This document shows, piece by piece, positions 12,639 to 24,965 of a stretch of DNA of 64,000 nt. The number at the start of each line of letters is the position of its first letter. Position 1 is the stretch's first letter. The notes under the pieces were generated by a model. It had not been told where the DNA came from and ran no database searches. It worked only from the letters and a program-made list of their open reading frames with translations. Source of the stretch: Camelus dromedarius (lineage: Eukaryota); the NCBI RefSeq assembly GCF_036321535.1, contig NC_087437.1:9488001-9552000 (forward strand), written 5' to 3'. A program made the position numbers and the translations under genes.

Positions 12639-14392
12639 GAGTATAGAGCATATAAACACATTTTGTTCAAATTCACTTCTCTTTTTGTCAGACACTGCAG
12701 GCTCTCTCTGGGGATGAAGTCAAGCGTTGCTATGTTCAGATGAATTTTCTGGCCCAAGGAGATAATTTTGCACACAGTCAATAGCAATATCCCAGAAGTG
12801 AACCAGAAAACTCAACCAGTGAAACAAAATTCAATAGCAATATCGGAACAGAAAACTCCTTAACCACAGAGGGTATGTTTTCCAAAGAACACACCAGTAA
12901 ATGCAAATGGAACAGGGATACCAACATACGATGCAAACTGACTGGGCCACGTGTCAGAGAATATTGCAACAGAAAAAAAAAAAATCATTCTGCCTCTGTA
13001 ACTCCAGGGGTTCTCTTGTGCTTAGGTTTAAGAAACTCAATTTATGGTAATAGATTGCACAGGGCTGTACATCAAACCTGGGGTGAAGTTGTCACTTTAT
13101 TGAGAAATCATTCAATGATTACACTATTTAATGATGCATGAAAGCAAAATGCAGTTGTGAAGAAAAACATTTGGGGTATAGGCTGTGTGTTTTCGTCATG
13201 CAAAATGGTGCATTTCTGTCCGTTGCCCGGACACAGCATGACCATCTGTGCCAGACTGAAACTGAAAGGAGTTGAGAAAAGGTGACTAATTAAAACATGA
13301 CTTCTTTCAAAACTCATTATATCACAGTAGAGTGCATCACCCAAGGCCTTGGAACTTCTGAGCAAAACAGCCAAGGCTCACATTGTTTGAATGAACTTTA
13401 TATTAAAAAAATATATCTATCTATACCTTTCAGAATTTTTGTTAAAGACTACACAGCAGTGGTGTTTTTATGAAAAACACACATATGCATGAGTAAGAAC
13501 ATGCATATCTATGAAAACCATTGGTACACAAAGTCAATAAAAAATAAATTGTCCTCTTTAAGCCAATGATCGTACACAGGTATGTCTGTGTATATATGCA
13601 CGTATACATACACATATACATGCATTCATACTCACTTGTCTGTGTATATGCCTCACCTAATCCTGTATCTTCTGATCATAAATATATAGCTGTAAAACTA
13701 TATATATTTGTATATTACATCTAACTATGTATATGTGTTGTTATGTAGTTGTAGGTATAACCTCAACTGTCCTTTAAGAACTTGATACAGAATGGTGGTA
13801 AGACTGAGGAGAAATGACAGTGAAACTGAAATGATTCCACTTGGTGGTGTCATCACAGTGGGCATTCCAGTACATGAAACTATTAGCTATGGATGAAAAT
13901 GGAATAATTTAATATCTTAATAAATAATTTAGAGAATTTAAGGAAAAACTAGAAATTGTCCTAAAATTGCCAGCTAGGAAGACTTGGTGACTGTTTTTAC
14001 AACATAAGGAAATAGAGGGGAAATGTTGGCTTGATTGCCTTGTGCCCTAATGCTGATTGTAAGTATAATATGATAATGTGGCATTTCAGACAAAATTACT
14101 TTAATTGACAATGTTATATGTAAGTTCTTTTTAGGAAATTAATGTATCCAGATTGTAAGATGGTAACAGAAACTCCTATATGATTTTAATATTGATCCAA
14201 ATGTCTATTTGCGATTTTTTTCAAAGTTTGTAAAGCATCATTACCACATAGGTCATTCATAAAGATATTTTTCTTCTAGTATTTACATATTTTACCCTAC
14301 CAGTATTTAATGAATTCATACATTAGTGCAAACAAGAAAAAGAATGTGGTTTTTTTCCCTTAAGAATGTTCTAAAATGTTCACTTTTTTAAC

Positions 14393-14531
14393 ACCTTTAT
14401 TGTGATATGGTTTCTGTACAATAAACTACACATATTTCAGATGTACGATTTGATGAATTTTGATAGATGTCTACACCCATGAAACCATCACCATAATCAA
14501 GATAGCTGACATTACCATCACTCCCCAAGAG
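14393..14531 (-). mobile_element. Old L1 (L1MB/L1ME-type) 3' end
   Basis: CTTTATTGTGATATGG...TACAATAAACTACACATATTT...CCCATGAAACCATCACCATAATCAAGATAG is an antisense L1 3' terminus. Confidence 0.75.
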
Positions 14532-14534
14532 GTT

Positions 14535-14796
14535 CAAATTTCAAACTTCCAATTTATCCCTTTCCACCCTCTCTACCCACTGATAACCATACACTTGTTC
14601 TCTACTTCTGTGAGTCTGTTTCTCTTTTGTAGATTGGTTCATTTGTGTCTTGTTTTTTAGATTCCATATATAAGTGATATCAGGTAGTATTTTTCTTACT
14701 CTTTCTGGCTTACTTCATTTCAAATGATAATCTCCAGGTCCATCCATGTTGCTGCAAATGACATTATCTTATTCTTTTTATGGCAGAGTAGTATTC

Positions 14797-14853
<57 letters not shown>

Positions 14854-15553
14854 ACATCTTCTTTATCCAGTCATCTGTTGATGGACATTTGGGTTGTTTC
14901 AATGTTTTGGCTATTGTAAATAATGCTGCTGTGAACATTAGGGTACATGTAACTTTTCAAATTATACTTTCCTCTGGATATATGCACAGGAGTGGTATTG
15001 CTGGATCATATGATAAGACTAGTTTTAATTTTTTGAGGAATCTCCATACTGTCCCCCATAGTGGCTGCACCAATTTACATTCCTACCAGCAGTGTAGGAG
15101 AATTCCTTTTTCTCCACACTCGCTTCAGCATTTATTTTTTATGGACTTGTTAATGATGGTCATTCTGTCTGATGTGAAGTGATACTGTAGTTTTGATTTT
15201 CATTTCTCTAACAATTTAGTGACTTTGAGCAACTTTTCATGTGCTTGCTGGTCATCTGGATGTCTTTGGAGAAATGTCTATTTAGGTCTTCTGCCCATTT
15301 TTTTGATTGGGTTGCTTGTTTCTTTGATATTAAGGTGTATGAGCTATTTTTGTATTTTGGAAATTAGTCCCTTGTTGGTTGCATCATTTGCAAATACTTT
15401 CTCCCATTCTGTAGGTTGTCTTTTCATTTTGCTGATGGTATCCTTAGCTGTGCAAAACTTTTTAAGTTTAATTGGATCCCATTTATTTACTTTTGCTTTT
15501 ATTTCCATTACTCTAGGAGCTGATTAAAAAAAAATTACTCTGATTTATGTCTA
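14535..15553 (-). mobile_element. Young L1, ORF2 C-terminus plus part of the 3' UTR
   Basis: The minus-strand ORF reads [30 protein letters not shown]...[14 protein letters not shown]. The distal 3' UTR and tail are absent. Confidence 0.92.
14802..14851. repeat. (TA)25 microsatellite inside L1
   Basis: Perfect TA run at the short TATA seed present in the other L1 copies. Confidence 0.97.
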
Positions 15554-15749
15554 AAATGACAAGCACTTTTAAGTGGAATGTCAAAAGGAACTTGAATGAA
15601 ATTCCAAGAGCTCCATGAAACTTGCATCAAACTCCTGTATCTTTTCCTTTCTTACCTATAGCATTTACTGCCAGAATAAGTCTGTCACTTGAATACACAT
15701 GACTTTGTATAATTCTCAAATTACTTCTAGTATTTGTGGATTGTCTTCT

Positions 15750-16965
15750 TGTATCAGTCAAATTTCTTTGATGAAACGAAAATTGGCTAAACATCTTATA
15801 TTGTTTGCAAATAACAAAAAGTATGGAGTTAGGTTGTTCCAGGATTGTCTCAGTGACTTACTAACATCATGAAAGACCCAAGCTCTTTACTTTCCCTCTG
15901 CATCCCTCAATTCATCAGCACTGTCTTCCCCACACCTCACCCCAGCCCAACCTGCTGCAAGATGGCTGCAGCAATTTGAACACCAAGTTTTCACAGCACA
16001 GCATGGAAGAGAAGGGAAGGACAATGGGAAAAAGAAAATAAGATAATTTTGCCCTATATCTGGAGATAACTCTAATTCAAAAAAATACATGCACCCCAAT
16101 GCTCATAGCAGCATTATTTACAATAGCCAAGACATGGAAGCAACCTAAGTATCCATCGACACATGACTAGATAAAGAAGTTTTGGTATATTTATGCAATA
16201 GAATACTACTCATCCATAGAAAAGAATAAAGTAATGCCATTTGCAGCAACATGGATGGACCTGGAGTGACCCAGAAAGAGAAAGAAAAATACTATATGAT
16301 ATCATTTATGTGTGGAATCTAAAATATGATACAAATGAACTAATTTACAAAACAGAAATAGACTCACAGACATAGAATGCAAATTTATGGTTACAAAGGG
16401 GAAGTGGGGGAGGGATAAATTAGGAGTTTAGGATTAGCAGATACAAACTATTATATATAAAATAGATAAACAACAAAGCTCTACTGTAGAGCAGAGGGAA
16501 CTATATTCAATATCTTGTAATAAACCATAATGGAAAAGACTATGAAAAAGATTGTGTATGTGTGTATATATATATATATACATATATATATAAAAAACTG
16601 TATGATATATGTATATATGTATGTGTATATATATGTACATATATATATGAATGAATCTCTTTGCTGTACACCAGCAACTAACACAATATTGTAAATCAAC
16701 TATACTTCAATTAAAAAAAAGTTTATCTTGCCCATCTCTCTCTCTCTCTCTTAAATTGTGTAGATTCATTTTTCCTATAAATTCTCCAGCAGAGTGCCCC
16801 TTATGTTTCTTTGACCAGAAGAAGGTCACATGACCAATTCCAGGAGAAATGAAGCTGAAAAGATAAATGTCCGACCTCTGTAGTGTCTATCATGGAAAGT
16901 TGGCTCTACCAATAAGAAGATGGAGAGGATGCCTGGCGGGAAGGAAACCAACGGTGTCTACCGCA
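15750..16965. mobile_element. Old MLT1 (ERVL-MaLR) solo LTR split by an L1 insertion
   Basis: The left part carries CAAGATGGCTGCAGCA and AAAGACCCAAGCTCTT. The right part carries TTGACCAGAAGAAGGTCACATGACCA and terminal CCAACGGTGTCTACCGCA. Confidence 0.6.
16055..16720 (+). mobile_element. 5'-truncated L1 3' end (cetartiodactyl/camelid type)
   Basis: ORF2 end, 3' UTR and an A tail. Degenerate TSD ...TTTTGCCC / ...TCTTGCCC. Internal TA/TG-rich tract at about 16553-16650. Confidence 0.9.
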
Positions 16966-17559
16966 ATCTCTGACCTGTTTGTGAGTCATCCAAAGACTTG
17001 AGCTGAGTCATATATTACTTACATTTCCAATAGAGTGGCCTGTTCAGTGCTGGTAGCTTAGCATCATTAGGTAAAATTCCCCAGGGTGGCACTAGTCAGA
17101 AGAAATAGTTGATAGGGCACACAGAAAGCCATGTCATTATTGGTGTCTAAACAGAGGTCAGGGTAGCAGAGAGGTTCAGACAGCAGTTCACTCAGAAGTT
17201 CTTCCCTTTCTACAGAGAGTGTGGGTGATCTGAGAAACTTCTGTCATTGTCCAAACAGACAGAAAAATAAGAAAGGTTGGGGGTCTACACAACTTTGGCA
17301 GAACATGAACTATGATGGAGGGGGTTGCACTCCTTAGGTTCCAGAATTTTACAAATAGATGGAGGTTTCCTACAGTAATGATGACTCTGCTGATCTTTAA
17401 ACAAGTGCAGAAAGAAAACTACAGGATTCTCAGCAATTAGTATAAAGAGAAGAAATGGGGGGATTGTTAGGGAATCAAGAAATGGACAGAACCTCTCCTG
17501 CAGGGTAACGGTGTAGGTGGTCTCAAGTCATCTTCTGGACGTACCTGATGAAACAGTGA

Positions 17560-17795
17560 CCAGTATGAGTTTCAAGTCAAAGGGCCTGAGCACAGACAGA
17601 GCTTGGGGCTGCCACCTGCTCGGCAGTACAGCTTTTATCAGCTCCTCCTCTCTGCACCCCTGTTTGCTGTTGCTAGAGTGGGGATTCCAATAACACTCCT
17701 CTCGTATAGTTTTTGTGGGGATAAAGTTAGGTAATGCATGTAACATGCTTTGAACATGGACATATGGTAAGTACTAAGTCCTTGTTAGCGTCTGC
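17560..17795 (+). mobile_element. MIR SINE
   Basis: TTTTTGTGGGGATAAAGTTAGGTAATGCATGTAACATGCTT...TGGTAAGTACT...TGTTAGC resembles the MIR core and 3' end. Confidence 0.6.
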
Positions 17796-19157
17796 TACCA
17801 CCACCAATACTCTTAAGCCACACCTGACTCAGGGATTGGCAGTCCTTCACCAAAGACCTTAAAATCAATACCACATAGCCCTGAGTTTTATTTATTTTCT
17901 ATCATTGCATCTTTAAAACAGCTGTTTTGCCAACCATGCAAAAACTCATACACACACATATACTACAACTATCTACCGGTGTATATATGTGTGTGTATAT
18001 AAATATATTTAATTGGAAAATTTTAAGTTTTTTAGAGGCTTCAGAGTCCCAACTTACAAAGATTCCTTCAAATATCTTTTAAGAAATCAACTGACATTTG
18101 TGGGCAAGCAGCACCCCTTATGATAGGTTTAAGTTTACTCATGTCTCAAGATGCTACATAATACACTAGATCAGTAAAATCACTTGTTGAACTAAATTCA
18201 CATACTAAATCATTTATATTTCATCCAGATTTCATGTAGGAAAGAAATCAGTGATCACACCCACAACCTCTTTATATTACTCTCCTAGAGAGCCTTTATT
18301 TTGAAGCGTTACAAGTACTCTTGGAATGCAGAAGGAGGCCAAATTACAAAAAAAGATTAAATCTCCCAGGAGTTACAATTCTAGAAAATAAGTCTTTGAA
18401 ATGTGCATGACATTTGGCTCTTCATTCAAATGCAATTTCTGATCTTTTTGAAGTTTGCCTTTCACTAGTTAAATATATAGTTGCAGGAAGAAACACACTG
18501 AATTTGTACTATACATTTCTCCAACATTCAAAGAACATTGGTAAAGGGCTCAACACTAATCTTCAGCTTATTACCTGGATAAATGCCAGTATGAGTCAGT
18601 TGAATTGGATATTAAGAATAACGTGACTTACAGTTTATGCATTTTCTTCTGATTACATTTTTCCTACCCTGTACATACAGCTAAGCCCATGGGAATATCA
18701 TGTCAATAAACTAATCAGAAACATAATGAACACTGTGTGTTTCACCAAGGGACAACTCCATGCGTAAGTGTCGGTTATAATTTCTAAAAACCAGAGCCAC
18801 ATTTCCCATACAAAAATATTCCCTTTAAACCAGTATTTTCATCTGTTCTGAGAAGTTTGTGTCCACATAGGCACATTTATTCATCCTGCACATGTTAATT
18901 TTGAAGGTCAGTTCCACTAGGCAGCTTTCAGTAGACCTTGAAGTTGGCAAGGGTCATATTTTAAATATTTTCTGAACGATATAATCAACATCTATTTTAC
19001 TACGTTTTGTGACCAGCAAGAGAAATAACCTAAGGAGGAAGGGGAGGGGATGGTTATGGCTTTTTAAAACAACTGGGGCCTGTAACTACAGTCTTATTCA
19101 CATACGGTCTAAATCACTTAGTCGTTCACATCTTCCCATAAGGAAATTTGGCATGCG

Positions 19158-20385
19158 GTTATTCATTTGTTTGTTTGGCAAATATTTACTGACTCTTTAC
19201 TATGTGCTAGGCAGGTACCGACAGGATGAATTCAGCAGGGAGCAGAGCAAATATGTGTCCTAGTTTTGTGCTGCTGCCCTAACACATAACCACAAACTCA
19301 GTGGCTTACAATACACATTTGTTATCTTACAGTTATGGAGGTCAAAATCTGAAATTGGTTTCAGCAGACTAAATTCAAGGTGCCCTCAAGGAGAGTCCTT
19401 TCTGGAGACAGAAGGGGAGTACTGTTCCCTTGCTTTCTGGGGTTCCCAGGGGCTACTGCACTCTTCCTCCGTCTTCAGAGCACATCATTCTGACCTCTGG
19501 TTCTCTCCTTACAGCTCCTTTTGTGGACTTTGACCCTCTTGCCTCTCTCTTACAAGGGCCCTTGTGATTATACTGAGTCCACCTGGATAATCCAGAAAAA
19601 TCTTCCCATCTGTCTCTAATTAGTCCATCTGAAGCCCATAATTTAGTCATATCTTCAAAAGCCCCTTTGCTGTTAAGGGAACATAGGTACAGTTTCAGAG
19701 GACTAGAATGTTGACATCAGTGTGGACTTCAGTCTGTCTCCCACACCAGGTATCTGCTCTAATGAAGCTTACCTCCGGGGGGGAGGCAATAAATATGTAA
19801 CTAGTTCAATAAACCGCCTAATTTCAGGATGAAGATGTACTATGAACAAAGTTTAAAAGAGCAGTAGGAGAATGAGTAATTGGGATGGAGAAAGGGAGGA
19901 AGTGGCTGTTTTATCTGAGATGGTCAGAGAAAGCCTCTGAGATAGGAGACTCCACATTTGAATGATGAGCGGGAAAGAAAAGAGCTTTCCAGGTGCAAGA
20001 AACAGCAAGTGCAAAGGCCCAGCATTAGAAACAAGCTTGGGTGTTTTAGGGCAGGAAGAGGCCATTAGAAAGGCTTAGACTGAGAGTGTCAGGAGACAGT
20101 CAGAGAGGAAGGCTGTGCCCTGACCAGGTTGGTCTCTGTAGGTCATGGTGAAAAGCATGCACTTCATCCACATTAGAAGAAAAAGCAAAGGAGAATTTCA
20201 GTCAATGGGAAGATATGGCATAGCTTATCCTTGGAGAAGACCACTTTGGCTGTGGCTTAAAATTGTGGGCTCTAAAGAGTCCAGCGGGCAGCAGAGAGGT
20301 TGATTAGGAGCAGGGTTGCTCCTAGGAAGGCTTCCCCGGCGTCCTGGATTAGGGCTGTCAGGGGAAGGCGCTGAGAAGTTATTGA
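19158..20385 (-). mobile_element. L2 (L2a-like) 3' region interrupted by MLT1D
   Basis: TTCATTTG...GCAAATATTTACTGA...CTATGTGCTAGGCA tail, and CCAGGTGCAAGAAACAGCAAGTGCAAAGGCCC. Confidence 0.75.
19256..19745 (-). mobile_element. MLT1D-like MaLR solo LTR
   Basis: ACCACAAACTCAGTGGCTTA...TTATCTTACAGTTATGGAGGTCA...CCCTTGTGATTATACTGAGTCCACCTGGATAATCCAG, with TG...CA termini. Confidence 0.85.
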
Positions 20386-23354
20386 CATATATAGAATCCC
20401 TTCCAAAAGATTTGCATTGACGTCTCTAATTAGTCCAGCAAAAATGCAATGTTTATATGCACCAAATTGACTCCGTGCCGTCTATGGACACACAGAACAG
20501 GCATGAGTATTTGGGGATTGTTTTCTAGTTAATTTGGTCTGGCCATTGATTTGACTGATATTTGTTTAACTGCGTTGACTGAATGTTTGGCTGAACTGAC
20601 TAGATTGATCTGTTGTGTTAGCAGTGTTGAGATAGCTGTCACCATCTCCAGGGTATCCTAGGATCTACACTCATATTCCTTTGATGTGAAGCTACTTGTA
20701 ATCATCCCAGTTGACATCTTCTTGGCTACACCAGGAAATGCCTCTGCATGTAATTTGTACTGATGGTCGTTTGATGTCAAATTGATTCCGTAGCCCAAGC
20801 TCTCTTTGCTTAGCCATTCTCACTCAGTGTTTGTTTGCTTCCTGCCCCTGTCTGTCCAGGATGAGATGGACTCCAGCCAACATCTTGCTCAAAGTATCTT
20901 TATTAGCAGTTTTGGAATATGCCTGTCAAATTTTAAGTAGGTGTTCCATGGTTTTGATTTCTTTTTCTTAGCAAATGTTTGTGTCTGGAAATTTTGCTTG
21001 CAGTGTACAAAGAATCCTTGTACTCCTGGAGGAGGAGAAAAAAGTATGTCCATATTTGCCATTGCCTTGGGATAGACAGACATCCTGGAACGCATCTGGA
21101 GGACAAGATCCATGCAATTGATCTCATTTATTCACCCAGGTTCATTTGGAGAATGCCATGTCAAAATTTGCTTTAAAAGCTGATATGTAAAATATTCTGT
21201 TAAAAAAACTAGCATTTGGGTTTCAAGAGTAAAGTTTTCTAAAACTAAGGGAGTCAGATTCCAGGACTTCAGAATTTGTGTACACAGTGAGGCTGGAGAT
21301 TGGATCTAAGCATGAAAGGAAATGTTTTCTTGACATTTCTTTTCAAAACAAATCAACACTCAAGGTTGTTTTTAGAGGCACGATTCAATAACTGTAAAAA
21401 CATTTTGCTTAAAATTTTCCTCTCCTTTGCTACCTGGAATGCCCTTTCTCTTATGTTTTGTTATTTTCTTCAAAATTTAACTGTTCCAGGACCCTTCCCT
21501 GGTTAACCTCCTTTATGGAGGGCAGGAACAGAAATCACACTTCACAGGATACGACGGTACAGAAGAGAATATATACAAAGTTGAGTGGCAGAGACACACC
21601 AGGTACTCAAAAGTGTTGCACGTGTTAATTTTTTCAGTCTTACCTCAGTCCTTTTATAGTTAGTGGATTCACTGACAAACCATTCTTGATGAATGAGCCC
21701 TGGACTGGAAATATGAAAATCTCAGTTTTGCTCCAAGCCAGCGGTAATATTTTAACTTAAATATAGACCTTCCTACACTCAATTCAGAGGTCATCCACCT
21801 CATTTAGCTACTCACTTATTCAATAAGTATTTACTAGGGTTCCATCTGGTTCAGATCAACCCGACTCTGTCCATAAACACAACCTTTGGGAACACAGACC
21901 CAAAAGAACACTTCCTCTGTTATAACCACCGAGGGGAAGGTTGCTTTGCCCTCTGTGGGATGTCAATGTGTGCAAGTCTCTTTCCCAGACCACAGTTCCA
22001 ACACGAGTCAGACAACTGAATCTGATCAATTCTGGATTTTTGTGGTGGCTTTCACCGTGAAGAATTTCAGCTATCTTATCTTCGTAATATATTTAATCCT
22101 GCATAACTTTGTGCTCAGACCAAAATAACCTCCAGCTTGAAAATGTTAAAAAGAGCTTAGATACATATGTTTATACTTAAACATCTTATGAGAAATGGGG
22201 TGAGAAATGTGCTTCTAAAATACAAACATTTTGACATTAAAATGCACTATCCCTTTGACTAGCACAGATAGTATCTTTCCAGATTTACTTACAAAAACAT
22301 TACAAATCCGTCCAATAAATTTTCCAGGCAGTGTTGTTAAATGATTTATCTTTTGCTGATTTCTGTCTTGTCTTCTCCTTCAAGCCTATATATTTGAATT
22401 TTTCCTTTTTATTAAATTTTACAATGCTGCATATGTTAATAAACCACAAGTCTTATTCGATTCTTTTTTCTTCACATCTACTTTCATTTACAATGATTCA
22501 ATAAAAATATGAAAAATAATTATAGCATTTTTCTTTAATGAAACAAATTGTATAGCAAATCAACTCATCTCTATAACAGTGTCTGCCTTTTAGCATTTTG
22601 TATGTTAGACTCATTCACATGCTGTGGGAGTTTTATAATGAAAAATAAACATTGTTTTCAATCAATCATTTGAAAAATCACTGGTGCTCGGTTCCTAGTT
22701 CTGAGTAGAAATTACCTTCCATTTAACAGAGTGCCTAGCATTCCCATGGAACAGAAAAACAAGTAGCCTCTCATATTAGAAAATTTACCAAATTTACAAA
22801 GTTACTCTCCTTTTCCTAGGACCCTCTCCCAAGACTGAAATTATAGCTGCCCGGGACAATGCCTATGTAATTAACTGCATATTTTTGACACTTAACTATT
22901 AATTCACCTTCTCTTCCTGGATCAGCCTGATGAGGTAATGGGCTGAACAGTCAGGTGGTGTGATTCGCAGCACTGGGGCATTTAAATGGAGCTGTCAGCA
23001 TTTTATAAGTGTGATCATTTGTCACTGGGTGTGAAATTGGACTAGACAACATTTCGGGTTCTTGTAAACTTGATGATGATCTGATTCCATGAGTTCCTCT
23101 GCTTCCTTTTGTAACTTCTTCTGTTTCTCCACGGTAACAGGGAGACAATTCACGTAGCAGTTATTCAGTTATGTCTCTGACTTCACTTAGGGATATCCTT
23201 GTGATCAAAACTTTTTTATGAGACGATCTGAATATCTTATATGAAATAAATCTCATTTCCTCAGCTACGCCTTCACTCACTGCTTCTTTTCAATGGTAGG
23301 ACACATTCTACTGGTATCAGGACAATTTTACTCCAATATACTGAAGCTTGTATC

Positions 23355-23470
23355 TGTTTATCCAGTTAACAAATGTTTATTGAGTACATACTCTATCAAA
23401 TACCGTGTTGTCTTGGATACTAGGAACTCAGCAGAGATGAAGAGAGGCAGGAATTCTGTACCATTGAGTT
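23355..23470 (-). mobile_element. L2 3' tail fragment
   Basis: AACAAATGTTTATTGAGTACATACT...GGATACTAGGAACTCAGCAG. Confidence 0.6.
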
Positions 23471-23633
23471 TTCTTTTAATCAGGTTTTTAGCCCGGTAGC
23501 TTTAATGGGCTGAAAAGTGGTCCCAAAGATATGTCCATATCCTAGTTTCTGGAACCTGTGATTACTATCTTATATGGCAAAAGAGTGAATATCATTCTTA
23601 CATAGCAAAAGTTGTCATTAAATTAAGGATCTT

Positions 23634-23759
23634 TTTTGGGGAGGTGCATGGAGGTAATTAGGTTTATTTATTTACTTTTAGAGGAGGTACTGGGGACTGA
23701 ACCCAGGGCCTCATGTATGCTAAGCATGTACACTACCACTTGAGCTATACCCTCTCCCC
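23634..23759 (-). mobile_element. tRNA-Ala-derived SINE (vic-1 type)
   Basis: Reverse complement reads GGG...GGGTATAGCTCAAGTGGTAGTGTACATGCTTAGCAT...CCTGGGTTCAGTCCCCAGTACCTCC. Perfect 15-bp TSD TAAATTAAGGATCTT at 23619-23633 and 23760-23774. Confidence 0.93.
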
Positions 23760-23880
23760 TAAATTAAGGATCTTGAAGGGAGGAGTTTATCCTGGGTCAT
23801 CCAGGTGCACAATCAGTTGTATCCTTATAATAGAGATGAGGGGGAGGTTCAACACTACACACTGTGGAGAAGACAATGTG

Positions 23881-24563
23881 AGTCCATCAACAGATGACTG
23901 GGTAAAGAAGTTGTGGTATGTGTATACAATGGAATACTACTCAGCAATAAAAAGTAAAATAATGCCATTTGCAGCAACATGGATGGACCTGGAGATCATC
24001 ATTCTAAGTGAGGTAAGCCAGAAAGAGAAAGAAAAAAATGCCATATGATATCACTCAAATGTGGAATCCAAAAAAAAAAAAAAAAAAGAAAGAAAGAAAG
24101 AAAGAAAGAAAAAAAAAGGACATTAATAAACTCATCTATAAAACCAAAACAGGCTTGCAGACACAGTAAACAATTTTATGGTTACTGGGGGAAATGGGGT
24201 GGGAAGGGAAAATTTGGGAGTTTGAGGTTTGCAAAAGTTCACCACTATACATAAAAATAGATTAAAAAAAAACAAATTTCTTCTGTATAGCACAGGGAAC
24301 TCTATACAATATATTGTAATGACTTTTGATGAAAAAGAATATGAAAACAAATACATGTATATATATGTATACTGGGACAGTATGCTGTACACAAGAAATT
24401 GACACATTGTAACTGACTGTACTTCAATTAAAAAAGAAGAAAGAGGAGGAGGAGGAGAAGGAGAAGAAGGAGGAGGAGGAGGAGAAGGAGAAGAAGGAGG
24501 AGGAGGAGGAGAAGGAGAAGGAGAGGAAGTGGAATAGGAGGAGGAAGAGGAAGAGGAAGAAGA
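23881..24563 (+). mobile_element. Young 5'-truncated L1 with purine-repeat tail
   Basis: [23 protein letters not shown]...[23 protein letters not shown] is the ORF2 end, followed by the 3' UTR. TSD AGAAGACAATG at 23868-23878 and 24564-24574. Confidence 0.92.
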
Positions 24564-24569
24564 AGAAGA
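24430..24569. repeat. (GGA/GAA)n polypurine tract
   Basis: About 140 nt with only two T residues. A 27-nt unit, (GGA)5GAAGGAGAAGAA, occurs about three times. Confidence 0.95.
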
Positions 24570-24822
24570 CAATGACAATGTGGAGACGGAGCAGAGAGAG
24601 GAATGGCCCCAAGTCAAGGAATGCCAACAGCCACCAAGGCTGGAAGAGGCAAGGGACAGATTCTGCTGTCGAGCACGCAGAAAGAACATGGCCCTGTAGA
24701 TACCTTGATTCTGAATTTCTGGCCTCCAGGACTGGGGAAGACTACAGTTCTGTTGTTTTAAGCCACTCAGTTTATAGTAATTTGTTACAACAGTTCCCTA
24801 AAGCAAAATACTATAGAAAATT

Positions 24823-24965
24823 AGGACTCTGTGGAGTCAAAGACTTGGGCACTCTGAACTGTGCAACCTAATAAATCGATGACCTCAAGCATATCAGTTA
24901 ATCTGCCCAGTTCTCAGGTCAGTCTGTGAAATAAGAAAATGCTATCTACCTCCTATTTAAGCGTT
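24823..24965 (+). mobile_element. MIR fragment
   Basis: GGACTCTGTGGAGTCAAAGACTTGGG...TGACCTCAAGCATATCAGTTAATCT...TCTGTGAAATAAG. Confidence 0.55.

Larger units (their letters stand above)
23501..24814 (+). mobile_element. MLT1 (MLT1B-D-like) solo LTR carrying nested SINE and L1
   Basis: Start CCCAAAGATATGTCCATATCCTAG...GGAACCTGTGA. End CAAGGAATGCCAACAGCCACCAAGGCTGGAAGAGGCAAGG...TGTTGTTTTAAGCCACTCAGTTT...TAATTTGTTACA. Confidence 0.85.

Noticed and set aside
14724..15182. 152-aa ORF with a YI repeat
   Set aside because: Antisense frame of L1 ORF2 read through the (TA)25 microsatellite.
24132..24689. Longest ORF (185 aa, Ser/Pro-rich, minus strand)
   Set aside because: It is the antisense reading of MLT1, the GGA/GAA tract and an L1 3' UTR. 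It is open because of low complexity.
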